Shown here piece after piece: positions 9,216 through 17,482 of a stretch of 64,000 nt of DNA (the first letter of the stretch is position 1; the number at the start of each line of letters is the position of its first letter). The stretch is from a candidate division WWE3 bacterium RIFOXYC1_FULL_40_10 (lineage in GTDB: Bacteria > Patescibacteriota > WWE3 > UBA101185 > UBA10185). The position numbers were made by a program, and so were the translations under genes. Location: NCBI GenBank assembly GCA_001773215.1, contig MEWB01000001.1:550099-614098 (forward strand), given 5' to 3'. The notes below the pieces were generated by a model. It did not search any database, had not been told where the DNA came from, and was given only the letters and a program-made list of their open reading frames with translations.

Positions 9216-11521
9216 CTAACAATTTCCAATCTGGGTAAAGGGAATACTAGGCTCCCTCCGGAATCCATGTATTTACCTTCTTTACGTATAAAGTTTTCTC
9301 TAAAATGCCAAGGGAGTACAACCATATACTCGGGGCTATCTTTGCGAGCCTCTGCCTCCGAAACAATAGGTATCCCTGTAGTCGGAGTAACCCTTCCGAA
9401 TTTGTAGTCATTCACCTCGGCTATACAAGACATTAAATCAGAAGTAATCCCACAGTACTGTAAAATTACATTTCCTTTTGTTGAAGCCCCATACCCGATA
9501 ACTTTTTCCCCAGAGTTTTTTCTTTCTCTCAAAAAATTTATCAATGTTCTTCTACTGTTTTCTACTCTTTTCTTAAAATCTTCATAAACCAAGTTACTTG
9601 ATAAACCCCTGGCCTCTTCGTCTTTTAGTATGTCCTCGATCGTTTCCGTGGCTTCTCTATACTTAGAGTCCTTTTTAGACACCATAATTAGAAAACTGGC
9701 TCCGTTTGTATCGTTAAAACTAACATCAATTATTTTCAACCCGGCTTTATCAAACATCCACTTCAACGATTTCAATGAGTAATATTCCAAATGCTCATGG
9801 CAAATAGTGTCGTAGGAGGTATTATCCAACATATGAGGCATATAGCTCTGCTCCAATACCCATACTCCATCATCCGCTAAAACTTCGGAGATTTGCTTTA
9901 CAATTTCAAACGGGTGTTCCAAGTCGTAAAACATTGCGATCGAGGTAACTACTTTAACTTTTTGAGAGAATCTTTGTTTTATAGTATCAGCGCTGAAAAA
10001 CTCAGGTATACGAACTATATTATTGGGATAATACTCTTTAAATTTCTCGGCAGTAGGATCAACGCCAACCAAAACCAGATCCTTAGCTTGGTATTTTTGT
10101 AACATGGTACTGTCGTTACTTCCTATATCCAGAACAATATCCCCCATGTTTATATCCACTCTTGATTCTATTTTTCGTACAATTTCGGTTAAATGTTTCA
10201 CCATCGAATTATTTAACCCCGAACGATAACCGTAATTTTCACCGTATAGAAGTTCTAAATCGTAGTTATGCTTCAACTGCAGCAAACCGCAGCCACCCTC
10301 CCCACATCGAACTATTGCCAAAGGGCCTTCCGGTACTTTTTCGTTAGGTAAAGGAAATACACCACTTAATCCAAATATACCTAAATCCAACACATCAATT
10401 AGCCTGGTATTTCCACAAATTCTGCAGCTATCTATTTGCTTGTACAGCATTCTTCCAATTGTTTTTGGTGCCTCAACAGCCACCGGTTTAGCGGATTTAT
10501 ACTCCCTTAGATCTTCTTGAACCATAATGTCAATTAACTGGTCAAATTTAGTTTTAGGTGACCATCCCAGTTTGGTTCGAGCTTTTGAATTATCCCCAAG
10601 GAGGACATCTACTTCAGTAGGTCTAAAATATCGGGCATCTATCTCAACAATTGTATTTCTTGTTTTCTTGTCAATTCCCTTCTCATTTATCCCCTCGCCA
10701 ATCCACTCCAGATTAATCCCAACAAGTGAAAATGCTTTTTCACAGAATTCCCTCACAGTATGTGTTTCACCCGAAGAAATTATAAAATCGTCCGGTGTTT
10801 CTTGCTGGAGCATAAGCCACATCGCCTCAACATACTCCGGAGCATATCCCCAGTCTCTTTTGGCATCAAGGTTTCCTAAGTAAAGTTTCTCCTGCAAACC
10901 GTAATAAATCTTTGCTACTGCTTGTGTTATCTTTCGAGTAACAAAGGTTTTACCTCTCCGAGGAGACTCATGGTTAAACAAAATGCCATTACAGGCGAAT
11001 AAATTGTAGGCTTCACGGTAATTTACAGTAGTCCAATAAGCATATAGCTTGGCACTGGCATATGGAGACCTGGGATAAAACGGTGTATTCTCGCTTTGGG
11101 GTATTTCTTTTGCTTTTCCAAATAACTCAGATGTAGACGCTTGATAAAAACGTGCATTCGGACAGTTGTTTTTTAACCCATCCAGCAATCGAAGAACACC
11201 TATGGCGTCAATTTGAGCTGTATACTCCGGAACTTGAAATGAAAGATGCACGTGTGACTGGGCACCTAAATTATAAATTTCGTCAGGCTTTACTTCGGCC
11301 AAGATTTTATCCAAATTATTGGAATCAGTAAGGTCTCCATAAATAAGCTTTAGCTGCCCGCCGGTTGAGTGCGGAAACTGGATAATATGGTCAATTCTCT
11401 CAGTATTAAATGTAGAAGCCGCCCTCCTTAGGCCATATACTTCATATCCTTTTTGTAAGAGAAACTCCGCCAAATAAGAACCGTCCTGACCAGTAACGCC
11501 GGTAATTAAAGCTTTTTTCAT
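9212..11521 (-). CDS. gmd: GDP-mannose 4,6-dehydratase (N-term ~350 aa) fused to a TylC3/TcaB9-like NDP-hexose C-methyltransferase (Zn-binding Methyltransf_13 + C-terminal Methyltransf_14 domains)
   Basis: [30 protein letters not shown] ... [13 protein letters not shown] is classic Gmd. A 4-Cys Zn site follows (CRICGNTR ... CGEGGCG), then SAM-binding VLDIGSNDS and a long C-terminal domain. Confidence 0.75.
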   Translation of the reverse strand: MKKALITGVTGQDGSYLAEFLLQKGYEVYGLRRAASTFNTERIDHIIQFPHSTGGQLKLIYGDLTDSNNLDKILAEVKPDEIYNLGAQSHVHLSFQVPEYTAQIDAIGVLRLLDGLKNNCPNARFYQASTSELFGKAKEIPQSENTPFYPRSPYASAKLYAYWTTVNYREAYNLFACNGILFNHESPRRGKTFVTRKITQAVAKIYYGLQEKLYLGNLDAKRDWGYAPEYVEAMWLMLQQETPDDFIISSGETHTVREFCEKAFSLVGINLEWIGEGINEKGIDKKTRNTIVEIDARYFRPTEVDVLLGDNSKARTKLGWSPKTKFDQLIDIMVQEDLREYKSAKPVAVEAPKTIGRMLYKQIDSCRICGNTRLIDVLDLGIFGLSGVFPLPNEKVPEGPLAIVRCGEGGCGLLQLKHNYDLELLYGENYGYRSGLNNSMVKHLTEIVRKIESRVDINMGDIVLDIGSNDSTMLQKYQAKDLVLVGVDPTAEKFKEYYPNNIVRIPEFFSADTIKQRFSQKVKVVTSIAMFYDLEHPFEIVKQISEVLADDGVWVLEQSYMPHMLDNTSYDTICHEHLEYYSLKSLKWMFDKAGLKIIDVSFNDTNGASFLIMVSKKDSKYREATETIEDILKDEEARGLSSNLVYEDFKKRVENSRRTLINFLRERKNSGEKVIGYGASTKGNVILQYCGITSDLMSCIAEVNDYKFGRVTPTTGIPIVSEAEARKDSPEYMVVLPWHFRENFIRKEGKYMDSGGSLVFPLPRLEIVR

Positions 11522-11570
11522 AAGAAACCTCGCTAAATCAATTTAATAAATTTTGGGCAGTGGAATGAGT

Positions 11571-12866
11571 TCAATCTCCTTCGAACTTAACTTGGGCATA
11601 GTATCTTAAACCATGTTCTCTAAGTACTTCTCCTCCTTTTAGGTCGGGCAAATCTACAACAAAGGCCAACTCTACAATCTCGGCACCTAGTTTCTTGAGT
11701 AGCCTCGCAGCTGCAAAGGAAGTTCCTCCTGTGGCTAAAAGATCGTCTACCAATAATACTTTTTGACCATACGAAATAGCGTCTCTGTGTACTTCAATAG
11801 TATCAGTTCCGTATTCTTTTTGGTAGGTTTCATACTCACATTCGGCAGGTAGTTTTCCCTTTTTTCGTATCGGAACAAAACCCACTCCAAGCTTATTGGC
11901 CAATGCACCCCCCAAAATGAAGCCTCTACTTTCGATGCCTGCTACAACATCTATGTCAATTTCCGAGTATCGGGTTACGAAATCGTTAATACAAATGTTA
12001 AAACTAACTTGATCCTTTAACAAGGTCGTAATATCCCTAAACATCACACCTTCTTTTGGCCAATTAGGAATTGTTCTTATCTTAGACTTAAGTCCACTTG
12101 TAGCTAACACCTCTACCATCGCTACTATAAGCTTTTTCACCCTTTCGGAATTAGCCTTCATGCGAGTAATAACCATTTCAAAATTGACCGGCTCCTCATT
12201 TTCTTTCCAACAGTCGTAATCGGTGGACATCGCGATCGACTGGTAGGGTATTCCCAATTCGTTAGCCAAAATCACCTCGGGACAGGTGGACATATTGATT
12301 ATGTCTGCCCCCAATTTCTGAAACATCCTACTCTCGGCCTTAGTAGAAAACCTAGGGCCTTCGATTGTCACTATCGTTACGTCTTTGTTATACGAATATC
12401 CAAGGTTCTCACAGATTTCACATAGTCGGCTGCGCATTCCACCGTCGAAGGGCTCCGACATAGGTGTATGTACAACACCCTCTTCGCAAAAAGTATTTGG
12501 TCTACTACGTGTAAAATCTATAAATTGATCGGGAAAAACAATATTTCCGGGCTTGATATCTTCTTTTAAGGAACCCACTGCTGTTGTTGCTAAAATATGA
12601 GTCACACCCAAATCTTTAAAGGCTTGAATATTTGCTCGATAGTTCACTTTCGAAGGTAAAATACCATGCTGCTTGCCATGACGAGAGATTATTGCCACAT
12701 CAACTCCGGAAAGCTTTCCAAGTGTTATGGGAGAGGAAGGAAAACCCCATTTAGTTGGTATTATCTTCTCTTCGTAGTGAGTAAGTAACCGGGGATCATC
12801 AAGACCAGACCCCCCGATAATTCCTATAAGCATAAAAGAATAGTAGTAGCAAATTAGGGGGAACAC
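11571..12866 (-). CDS. Fusion protein: MTA/purine nucleoside phosphorylase (MTAP/PNP family) + adenine phosphoribosyltransferase. The likely true start is the internal ATG near 12833 (MLIGIIGGSG).
   Basis: N-terminal half matches MTAP (IGIIGGSGLDD ... ISRHGKQH ... MSTCPEV). C-terminal half matches APRT nearly end to end (PKEGVMFRDITTLL ... GIESRGF ... VLLVDDLLATGGT). Confidence 0.75.
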   Translation of the reverse strand: MFPLICYYYSFMLIGIIGGSGLDDPRLLTHYEEKIIPTKWGFPSSPITLGKLSGVDVAIISRHGKQHGILPSKVNYRANIQAFKDLGVTHILATTAVGSLKEDIKPGNIVFPDQFIDFTRSRPNTFCEEGVVHTPMSEPFDGGMRSRLCEICENLGYSYNKDVTIVTIEGPRFSTKAESRMFQKLGADIINMSTCPEVILANELGIPYQSIAMSTDYDCWKENEEPVNFEMVITRMKANSERVKKLIVAMVEVLATSGLKSKIRTIPNWPKEGVMFRDITTLLKDQVSFNICINDFVTRYSEIDIDVVAGIESRGFILGGALANKLGVGFVPIRKKGKLPAECEYETYQKEYGTDTIEVHRDAISYGQKVLLVDDLLATGGTSFAAARLLKKLGAEIVELAFVVDLPDLKGGEVLREHGLRYYAQVKFEGD

Positions 12867-13294
12867 AAGGGGAAAGATGATTTAAGATCGAACTTATGCG
12901 TTATTCTGTGATACAAAAAGTAAGCGTACAACCCTGGAGAATTTGTAAACTGGTCAATTAGCAAATGAACCGCCAGAGATAAACCTACGGAATAGAATAG
13001 TAGACTGGAATTAGCTACTAACCCTAAAGAAACAATCCCAAAAGCCAATTCCCAGGAATGGAGGAAAATGTATGCTTTTTGAGATTCTTTAAAATAATTC
13101 CCCGAGAAAAATCCCTTTAGTGTTACTCTCGATCCTCTGAATATCAAGTAATCAATCAAATGGTCTCCGTCGATAAAAAAACCGGCTACCAAGGACAATA
13201 CAAGGGGTAAATAGGATCCTGATAACAAAGAAAGCGAACCCCCCACAAGCAAGCTGGCACTCAAATGCATTATCTCAGTGTAAACCAGAGACAT
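12854..13294 (-). CDS. Small polytopic membrane protein with His/Asp motifs (FIDGDHLIDY, HLLIDQ). Possibly a membrane-bound metal-dependent hydrolase-like (DUF457/YdjM-like) protein.
   Basis: About 4 TM helices and conserved H/D clusters. The family assignment is uncertain. Confidence 0.35.
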   Translation of the reverse strand: MSLVYTEIMHLSASLLVGGSLSLLSGSYLPLVLSLVAGFFIDGDHLIDYLIFRGSRVTLKGFFSGNYFKESQKAYIFLHSWELAFGIVSLGLVANSSLLFYSVGLSLAVHLLIDQFTNSPGLYAYFLYHRITHKFDLKSSFPLCSP

Positions 13295-13300
13295 TACTTA

Positions 13301-14908
13301 CTAAGCCTTAAGCCTCTTGGGCAATAAATGGCGGAATAAACTCTTTGACGCATTAATCCAAAATTTGGGATGATACCAACTTACCTTTGTCTGCTCCTCA
13401 TCGAAGTCGAGTAAGTGTCCAAGTATCCTCTTAGCGGCCATAAGATAGAACCTGATGTCAGCCCAGGTTCTGATACTTAAGATTTTTCGCATAATATATT
13501 GGGGCGTAAAAAACGACGAGTAGAGTGACTGAGTAAGCTCATACAATCTCTCCGTAGAAAAATGGGTCTTCATAACCGGCGCCCTCATATCAAACGCTTC
13601 GTAGTCAAAAGGGTCTACGGTTAACCACCCTTTTTCGACACATTCCTTATATAGTGGCGTACCTGGGTAGGGAATTGTGATAGTGGCTTGCATAGTATCA
13701 ACGTAACCTTTTTTGAACAGCTCTCGTGCCAAATTAATGGTGTTTTGAGCCATCTCTTCGGTTTCCCACGGATAACCTAACATAATTGTAAGATGAGGCT
13801 CTAATCCGCCTTTTTTCGCCATTTGGACTCCTTTTTCAATCTCCTCAATCTTTAAACCCTTATCAAGCTTGTCCAGAGTCTCTTGATTACCTGATTCCAT
13901 ACCGTACAAAATGAACCTAAAATTCGCCTTACCCATTAAATCGTAGTATTCCTGGTTTAAGGCATTTAAACGCATGTTACAGGAATAAACCACTTTTTTA
14001 CTGTAACCTGATTCAATCAACAGCTCACAAAACTTTTTGAGAGGAGGCCCCACAAAAAGTGTTCCGGCATCATCGAAAATTTCTTTTACCCCATACTTAT
14101 CTACTACATACTTCACCTCGGCAAATAACCTTTCGGGCGAAAAGCGGCGATAAGAGCCCCTTGGATTAATTGTGTGATCCCAAACACAAAAAGTACATCT
14201 ATTCCACCAGCAATCCCTGCCTGAATACATGTAAGTAGCTGGAGTATACTTATAATTTCCGTTCTCATAAGCATACAATTCCCATTTGGTTATGTCTCTA
14301 TCAACAAAGGGCAGGTCATCAAGTTTATGTGTAAGCTTTGCCGGGCCGGTCCACCAATATGTATCCTCATGTTTTGTCTGCTCTGGTAAAATGTGTTGCT
14401 TTCCCGTGTCTCTCCCCCAAATTCCCGATGGTACTTCTTTACCCTGAGATATAGAATCAGCCAAGTCCGAGAGTAAAAAGTCATAGTCACCACCCAAAAT
14501 AATATAATCTACTTTACATGCCCCCAAAGTCTCTTTTGGCAAATAGGTAACGTGATCACCTACCATTACAATATCCATACTTTTGAACTGCTCTTTAAGC
14601 TCATTCACAAGCTTCCAATGCATTTTTACAACAGGGGCCTTAGTTTCCAGTAACAATAAGTCAGGCTGTTCTTTTTCGAGTTGAGCCAACCATTCTTTGT
14701 AACTTTTCTTTTCTGCAATACCATCCATCCAGACCACCTCGTACCCCCGTTCTTTTGCTATGGTAGCAGCATAAGCAGGGATCATTGGGTATATATATGT
14801 AGGTGCATTGAAAAACTGAAACTGGCGATTTTGCGATAGCAACGGTACACCCTTGTCTGTCTCAATGGGCGGATAGGCGATGACAATTTTAAAAGTATTT
14901 TTTTGCAT
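13301..14908 (-). CDS. B12-binding domain radical SAM protein (module 2). Start moved to the ATG at 14908 (MQKNTFKIVIAYPP); the ORF-track start at 14947 is a TTG.
   Basis: Same architecture as 136..1593, with an N-terminal B12-binding fold (IVMVGDH, YIILGG). The Cys motif is CX4CX2C (RDCWWNRCTFCVW), not CX3CX2C. The N-terminus aligns with rSAM1 when the start is at 14908. Confidence 0.7.
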   Translation of the reverse strand: MQKNTFKIVIAYPPIETDKGVPLLSQNRQFQFFNAPTYIYPMIPAYAATIAKERGYEVVWMDGIAEKKSYKEWLAQLEKEQPDLLLLETKAPVVKMHWKLVNELKEQFKSMDIVMVGDHVTYLPKETLGACKVDYIILGGDYDFLLSDLADSISQGKEVPSGIWGRDTGKQHILPEQTKHEDTYWWTGPAKLTHKLDDLPFVDRDITKWELYAYENGNYKYTPATYMYSGRDCWWNRCTFCVWDHTINPRGSYRRFSPERLFAEVKYVVDKYGVKEIFDDAGTLFVGPPLKKFCELLIESGYSKKVVYSCNMRLNALNQEYYDLMGKANFRFILYGMESGNQETLDKLDKGLKIEEIEKGVQMAKKGGLEPHLTIMLGYPWETEEMAQNTINLARELFKKGYVDTMQATITIPYPGTPLYKECVEKGWLTVDPFDYEAFDMRAPVMKTHFSTERLYELTQSLYSSFFTPQYIMRKILSIRTWADIRFYLMAAKRILGHLLDFDEEQTKVSWYHPKFWINASKSLFRHLLPKRLKA

Positions 14909-15010
14909 ATTAGTAATAGTACTACATATAGATGTATATGGATACAATGGAATTTAGACCTATAAGATGATAAACTCCTGTTACATCAAAACTAAACAAA
15001 GGAGTTGAAC

Positions 15011-15325
15011 ATGCTTTATCCAGCGACAGCTAAAACAATTGTTGAACAAGCTTTACGTGCGTGGTTAAAGGGGCGCGATCTGTTGTGTGACATAATTCTT
15101 GACGAAAAGTTGAGTGTTGACCGCCAGAAGGACAAACCGGCGATATATTTCTTCGAGATCACATTTCTTACTAATGACCAGGGAGTGCAAAACGCACGAA
15201 AGTGCCAGATTTGGATTGTCCAAGAGCCCAATGGTCCTACTCATGGAAGTTGTATAATGCTTCGAGACCAAGCGACTTACGAAACCAAATTTCAATATTG
15301 GAACGAGGAAATCGTTTTACTGTAA
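15011..15325 (+). CDS. Hypothetical small protein, paralog 1 of 3 (unknown family)
   Basis: SD AAAGGAG 6 nt upstream of ATG 15011; the ORF-track start 15005 is a TTG. It shares the motifs xAWLKx ... aromatic beta-strand ... QIxIV-E-NG with the next two ORFs. Confidence 0.6.
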   Translation: MLYPATAKTIVEQALRAWLKGRDLLCDIILDEKLSVDRQKDKPAIYFFEITFLTNDQGVQNARKCQIWIVQEPNGPTHGSCIMLRDQATYETKFQYWNEEIVLL

Positions 15326-15337
15326 AGAGGCCGCCAA

Positions 15338-15706
15338 ATGGACAGAGTTATTTCACTAGAGGATCTCGAAAACGAAGTCAGTAAGGCATTCTTGTCGTGG
15401 GCTAAGCAATGCCCTTTGCAAATTATACAAATAAAGTTTGCACACCCTGAGATGGTGGCTGTCAAAAAGGAAGGCAATAGGTACACCGCTTTCTTTCATA
15501 TCCACTTTCATGCCAATGTTATGGGCAAGGAAAGTGACATCTTTGATGTTCAGATCGCTGTAGAAACCAATGGTGTTGTAACTAACACTTTGATCTTTTT
15601 GGCTGAGGGTCCCATCAGTGGAACCGCTTACCTGTTGAACTCAAGTAATGCATATGGAAAAAGATTCAAGATCGTGGAAAACTCCATTGAGTTTACCGAT
15701 ATCTAG
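15338..15706 (+). CDS. Hypothetical small protein, paralog 2 of 3
   Basis: SD AAAGAGG 7 nt upstream. Contains LSWAKQ ... YTAFFHIHFHANVMGKESDIFDVQIAVETNG. It starts 12 nt after the paralog-1 stop. Confidence 0.6.
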   Translation: MDRVISLEDLENEVSKAFLSWAKQCPLQIIQIKFAHPEMVAVKKEGNRYTAFFHIHFHANVMGKESDIFDVQIAVETNGVVTNTLIFLAEGPISGTAYLLNSSNAYGKRFKIVENSIEFTDI

Positions 15707-15714
15707 TGGCTAAT

Positions 15715-15765
15715 GAAACCCATCTCTCATAAAGGTGGGTTCATGTTTGATAAATGACCTATAAT
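15715..15765 (+). promoter_or_regulatory. Weak hairpin (gaaaccca...tgggttc) followed by a perfect TATAAT hexamer at 15760..15765. A possible partial terminator plus internal promoter for paralog 3.
   Basis: The stem is 6-7 bp with a bulge, and TATAAT lies about 40 nt upstream of ATG 15806. I found no convincing -35 (TTGATA is only 7 nt away). Confidence 0.2.
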
Positions 15766-15805
15766 ATAGTATGCTGTTATAACGTCATAAAAAAAAGGAG
15801 CTAGA

Positions 15806-16159
15806 ATGTCGCAGGACAAAAACTACTGGATGGAAGTTTGTAGGAATATAGTTAACGTAATTATTCAAGAGTGGCTGAAAAAAAACTACCCCGGAATCGA
15901 TTTTACAAAACTTTGCACAAACAGAGACACCTCCAAAAATAACAATACAAACACTCACATAAAGTGCTGGTTTGACTGTTTGGCCGAGTATGGGCATGGA
16001 TTGAATGCCCAGGTAGAGATCGGTATTGAAGTTTTGGTGCACGCAGAGAACGAGTGGGAAATTAGGGGCCAATTGACAGAAAGGCGAGTGAATTGCCCTA
16101 TAGCACTTGAATTTCTGGTCACAAGCTATTCTCCTAGAGCTACTGTGGTTTGGTTATAG
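15806..16159 (+). CDS. Hypothetical small protein, paralog 3 of 3 (Asn-rich insert KNNNTNTH)
   Basis: SD AAAGGAG 5 nt upstream. Contains QEWLKKN ... HIKCWFDCLAEYGHGLNAQVEIGIEVLVHAENE. It is preceded by a 99-nt spacer with a hairpin and a TATAAT hexamer. Confidence 0.6.
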   Translation: MSQDKNYWMEVCRNIVNVIIQEWLKKNYPGIDFTKLCTNRDTSKNNNTNTHIKCWFDCLAEYGHGLNAQVEIGIEVLVHAENEWEIRGQLTERRVNCPIALEFLVTSYSPRATVVWL

Positions 16160-16170
16160 TAAGAACTAAA

Positions 16171-16209
16171 GGGCGTGCTATTTTTAAAATAAAGCGCGCC
16201 TTTTTTATT
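16171..16209 (+). terminator. Rho-independent terminator between convergent genes, likely bidirectional
   Basis: Stem GGCGTGC / GCGCGCC (7 bp, one G-U) with an AT loop, followed by TTTTTTATT on the plus strand. An A-tract precedes the stem, so the minus-strand reading also gets a hairpin + U-rich tail. It overlaps the ferredoxin stop. Confidence 0.55.
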
Positions 16210-16465
16210 CCAGGGGCCAAAGTTGTTTACCATCCATATCCTCAACTATGATCGCCATAGTCGGACAAGACTTAGCGGCCATGACAATCTTCTCCAACTC
16301 ATCCCAAATCCCTTCCTTAACATATGATATACCGTCCTCATCCAAATCAAACGTGTCTGCGGCATACACAATACAGGTTCCTGCGCTAATACACTTTTCC
16401 TTAATTACCTTGATCCTCACTTTTTGATCAGAGCTTATTGCAAATTCATTTTGTCCTTTTTTCAT
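16205..16465 (-). CDS. Small single-cluster ferredoxin (paralog of 1590..1808)
   Basis: CISAGTCIVYAADTF ... AKSCPTMAI over 86 aa. It is the last gene of the upstream minus-strand unit. Confidence 0.65.
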   Translation of the reverse strand: MKKGQNEFAISSDQKVRIKVIKEKCISAGTCIVYAADTFDLDEDGISYVKEGIWDELEKIVMAAKSCPTMAIIVEDMDGKQLWPLE

Positions 16466-16468
16466 ATT

Positions 16469-17482
16469 TTACCCTTCTGAATAATTACCTGAACTATCTA
16501 CGGCTTTGCTGATATATTTTGGTCTTTTTAAAAATCCAACCATAAAGTAAAACCCATACGTAATATGTGTCAAAAAAATCCCCCAATACACAAACCCGAA
16601 TGCTCTTATGCTTCTTTCTTTTATTGCCACTCTTGTTGCCTCCAATCCAACTGCGGTAAAATAAACAAATAGCCCACCGAAATAAAACTTCCATAGTACA
16701 GGTAGTAGCATCGCCACCAGTGGACCCATCCACAATCCCAGCACAAAGAAAGAAGGCACAAAAAAAGCCGGTAGGCGGGAGGTCTCGGGGAAAATACGCG
16801 CAAACTGTCCTCTGTGCCTCCCATACCTTGAAATTTGCTTTAAGTGGGGCTTGAACATCTCTCTGCGATGGTGATACACAATGGGCCTTGGATCGTACAC
16901 AAAATCTTGTTTAAAAAACTTAACCAAATCCAAGCATAGTTTGGTATCTTCACCTGGCCAAAATTCCTGCAAAAACCCTCCAACCTTCTCAAATGCATCT
17001 TTCTTTACGAATAAATTCACAGTCGGAAAGTCGTTTATTTTTCTGGGAGGGAACGGCAGATGGCGATAAACAAACTTAGCGCTGGTTAAATAGGACTCTA
17101 AAACTCTGCCCGACATCTTTTCCTTAAAGCAATCATCACCGGGCGTCATCGCAGGGCCTCCTAATGCGTATGTGCCGGTTTCCTCAAAGACTTGTTCTGC
17201 CATACTAAGCCAATTTTTTGCCGGGTAAGCGTCATCGTCGATAAATGCTAATATTTCTCCTTTTGCATATAGGGAACCTAAATTTCTCTTCCCTGCGGGA
17301 TGGGAAGTCCCTGTTGGAATCACACTAAAGCGGGGGTCATTCTCAAAGTCGAATTCTTCCGGTTCATCAGGCAAAATGATAACTTCAAAGTCCTTATAAT
17401 CCAGCTGCTTCAGTTCCTCAATATTCCTTTTTAAAAAGTCGTTTATATACCTAACCGGGATAATTATGCTGTATTTTATCAT
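16469..17482 (-). CDS. Glycosyltransferase family 2 with C-terminal TM helices
   Basis: YSIIIPVRY, IDDDAYP, and a C-terminal hydrophobic region. Confidence 0.65.
   Translation of the reverse strand: MIKYSIIIPVRYINDFLKRNIEELKQLDYKDFEVIILPDEPEEFDFENDPRFSVIPTGTSHPAGKRNLGSLYAKGEILAFIDDDAYPAKNWLSMAEQVFEETGTYALGGPAMTPGDDCFKEKMSGRVLESYLTSAKFVYRHLPFPPRKINDFPTVNLFVKKDAFEKVGGFLQEFWPGEDTKLCLDLVKFFKQDFVYDPRPIVYHHRREMFKPHLKQISRYGRHRGQFARIFPETSRLPAFFVPSFFVLGLWMGPLVAMLLPVLWKFYFGGLFVYFTAVGLEATRVAIKERSIRAFGFVYWGIFLTHITYGFYFMVGFLKRPKYISKAVDSSGNYSEG

Noticed and set aside
14909-14947. ORF-track start of rSAM2 at 14947 (and of cassette paralog 1 at 15005)
   Set aside because: Both are TTG codons translated as M by the ORF finder. 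The internal ATGs (14908; 15011 with AAAGGAG at -6) are better supported.
15747-15765. TTGATA ... TATAAT as a full sigma70 promoter for paralog 3
   Set aside because: The spacer is only 7 nt, so only the -10 hexamer is credible. I kept it as a low-confidence regulatory note.
15016-16072. Minus-strand ORFs antisense to the three-gene cassette (15016-15231, 15065-15295, 15292-15486, 15785-16072)
   Set aside because: They overlap the plus-strand genes, which have strong SDs and a shared paralogous signature. The antisense ORFs lack start context and look like low-complexity translations, so I treat them as spurious.
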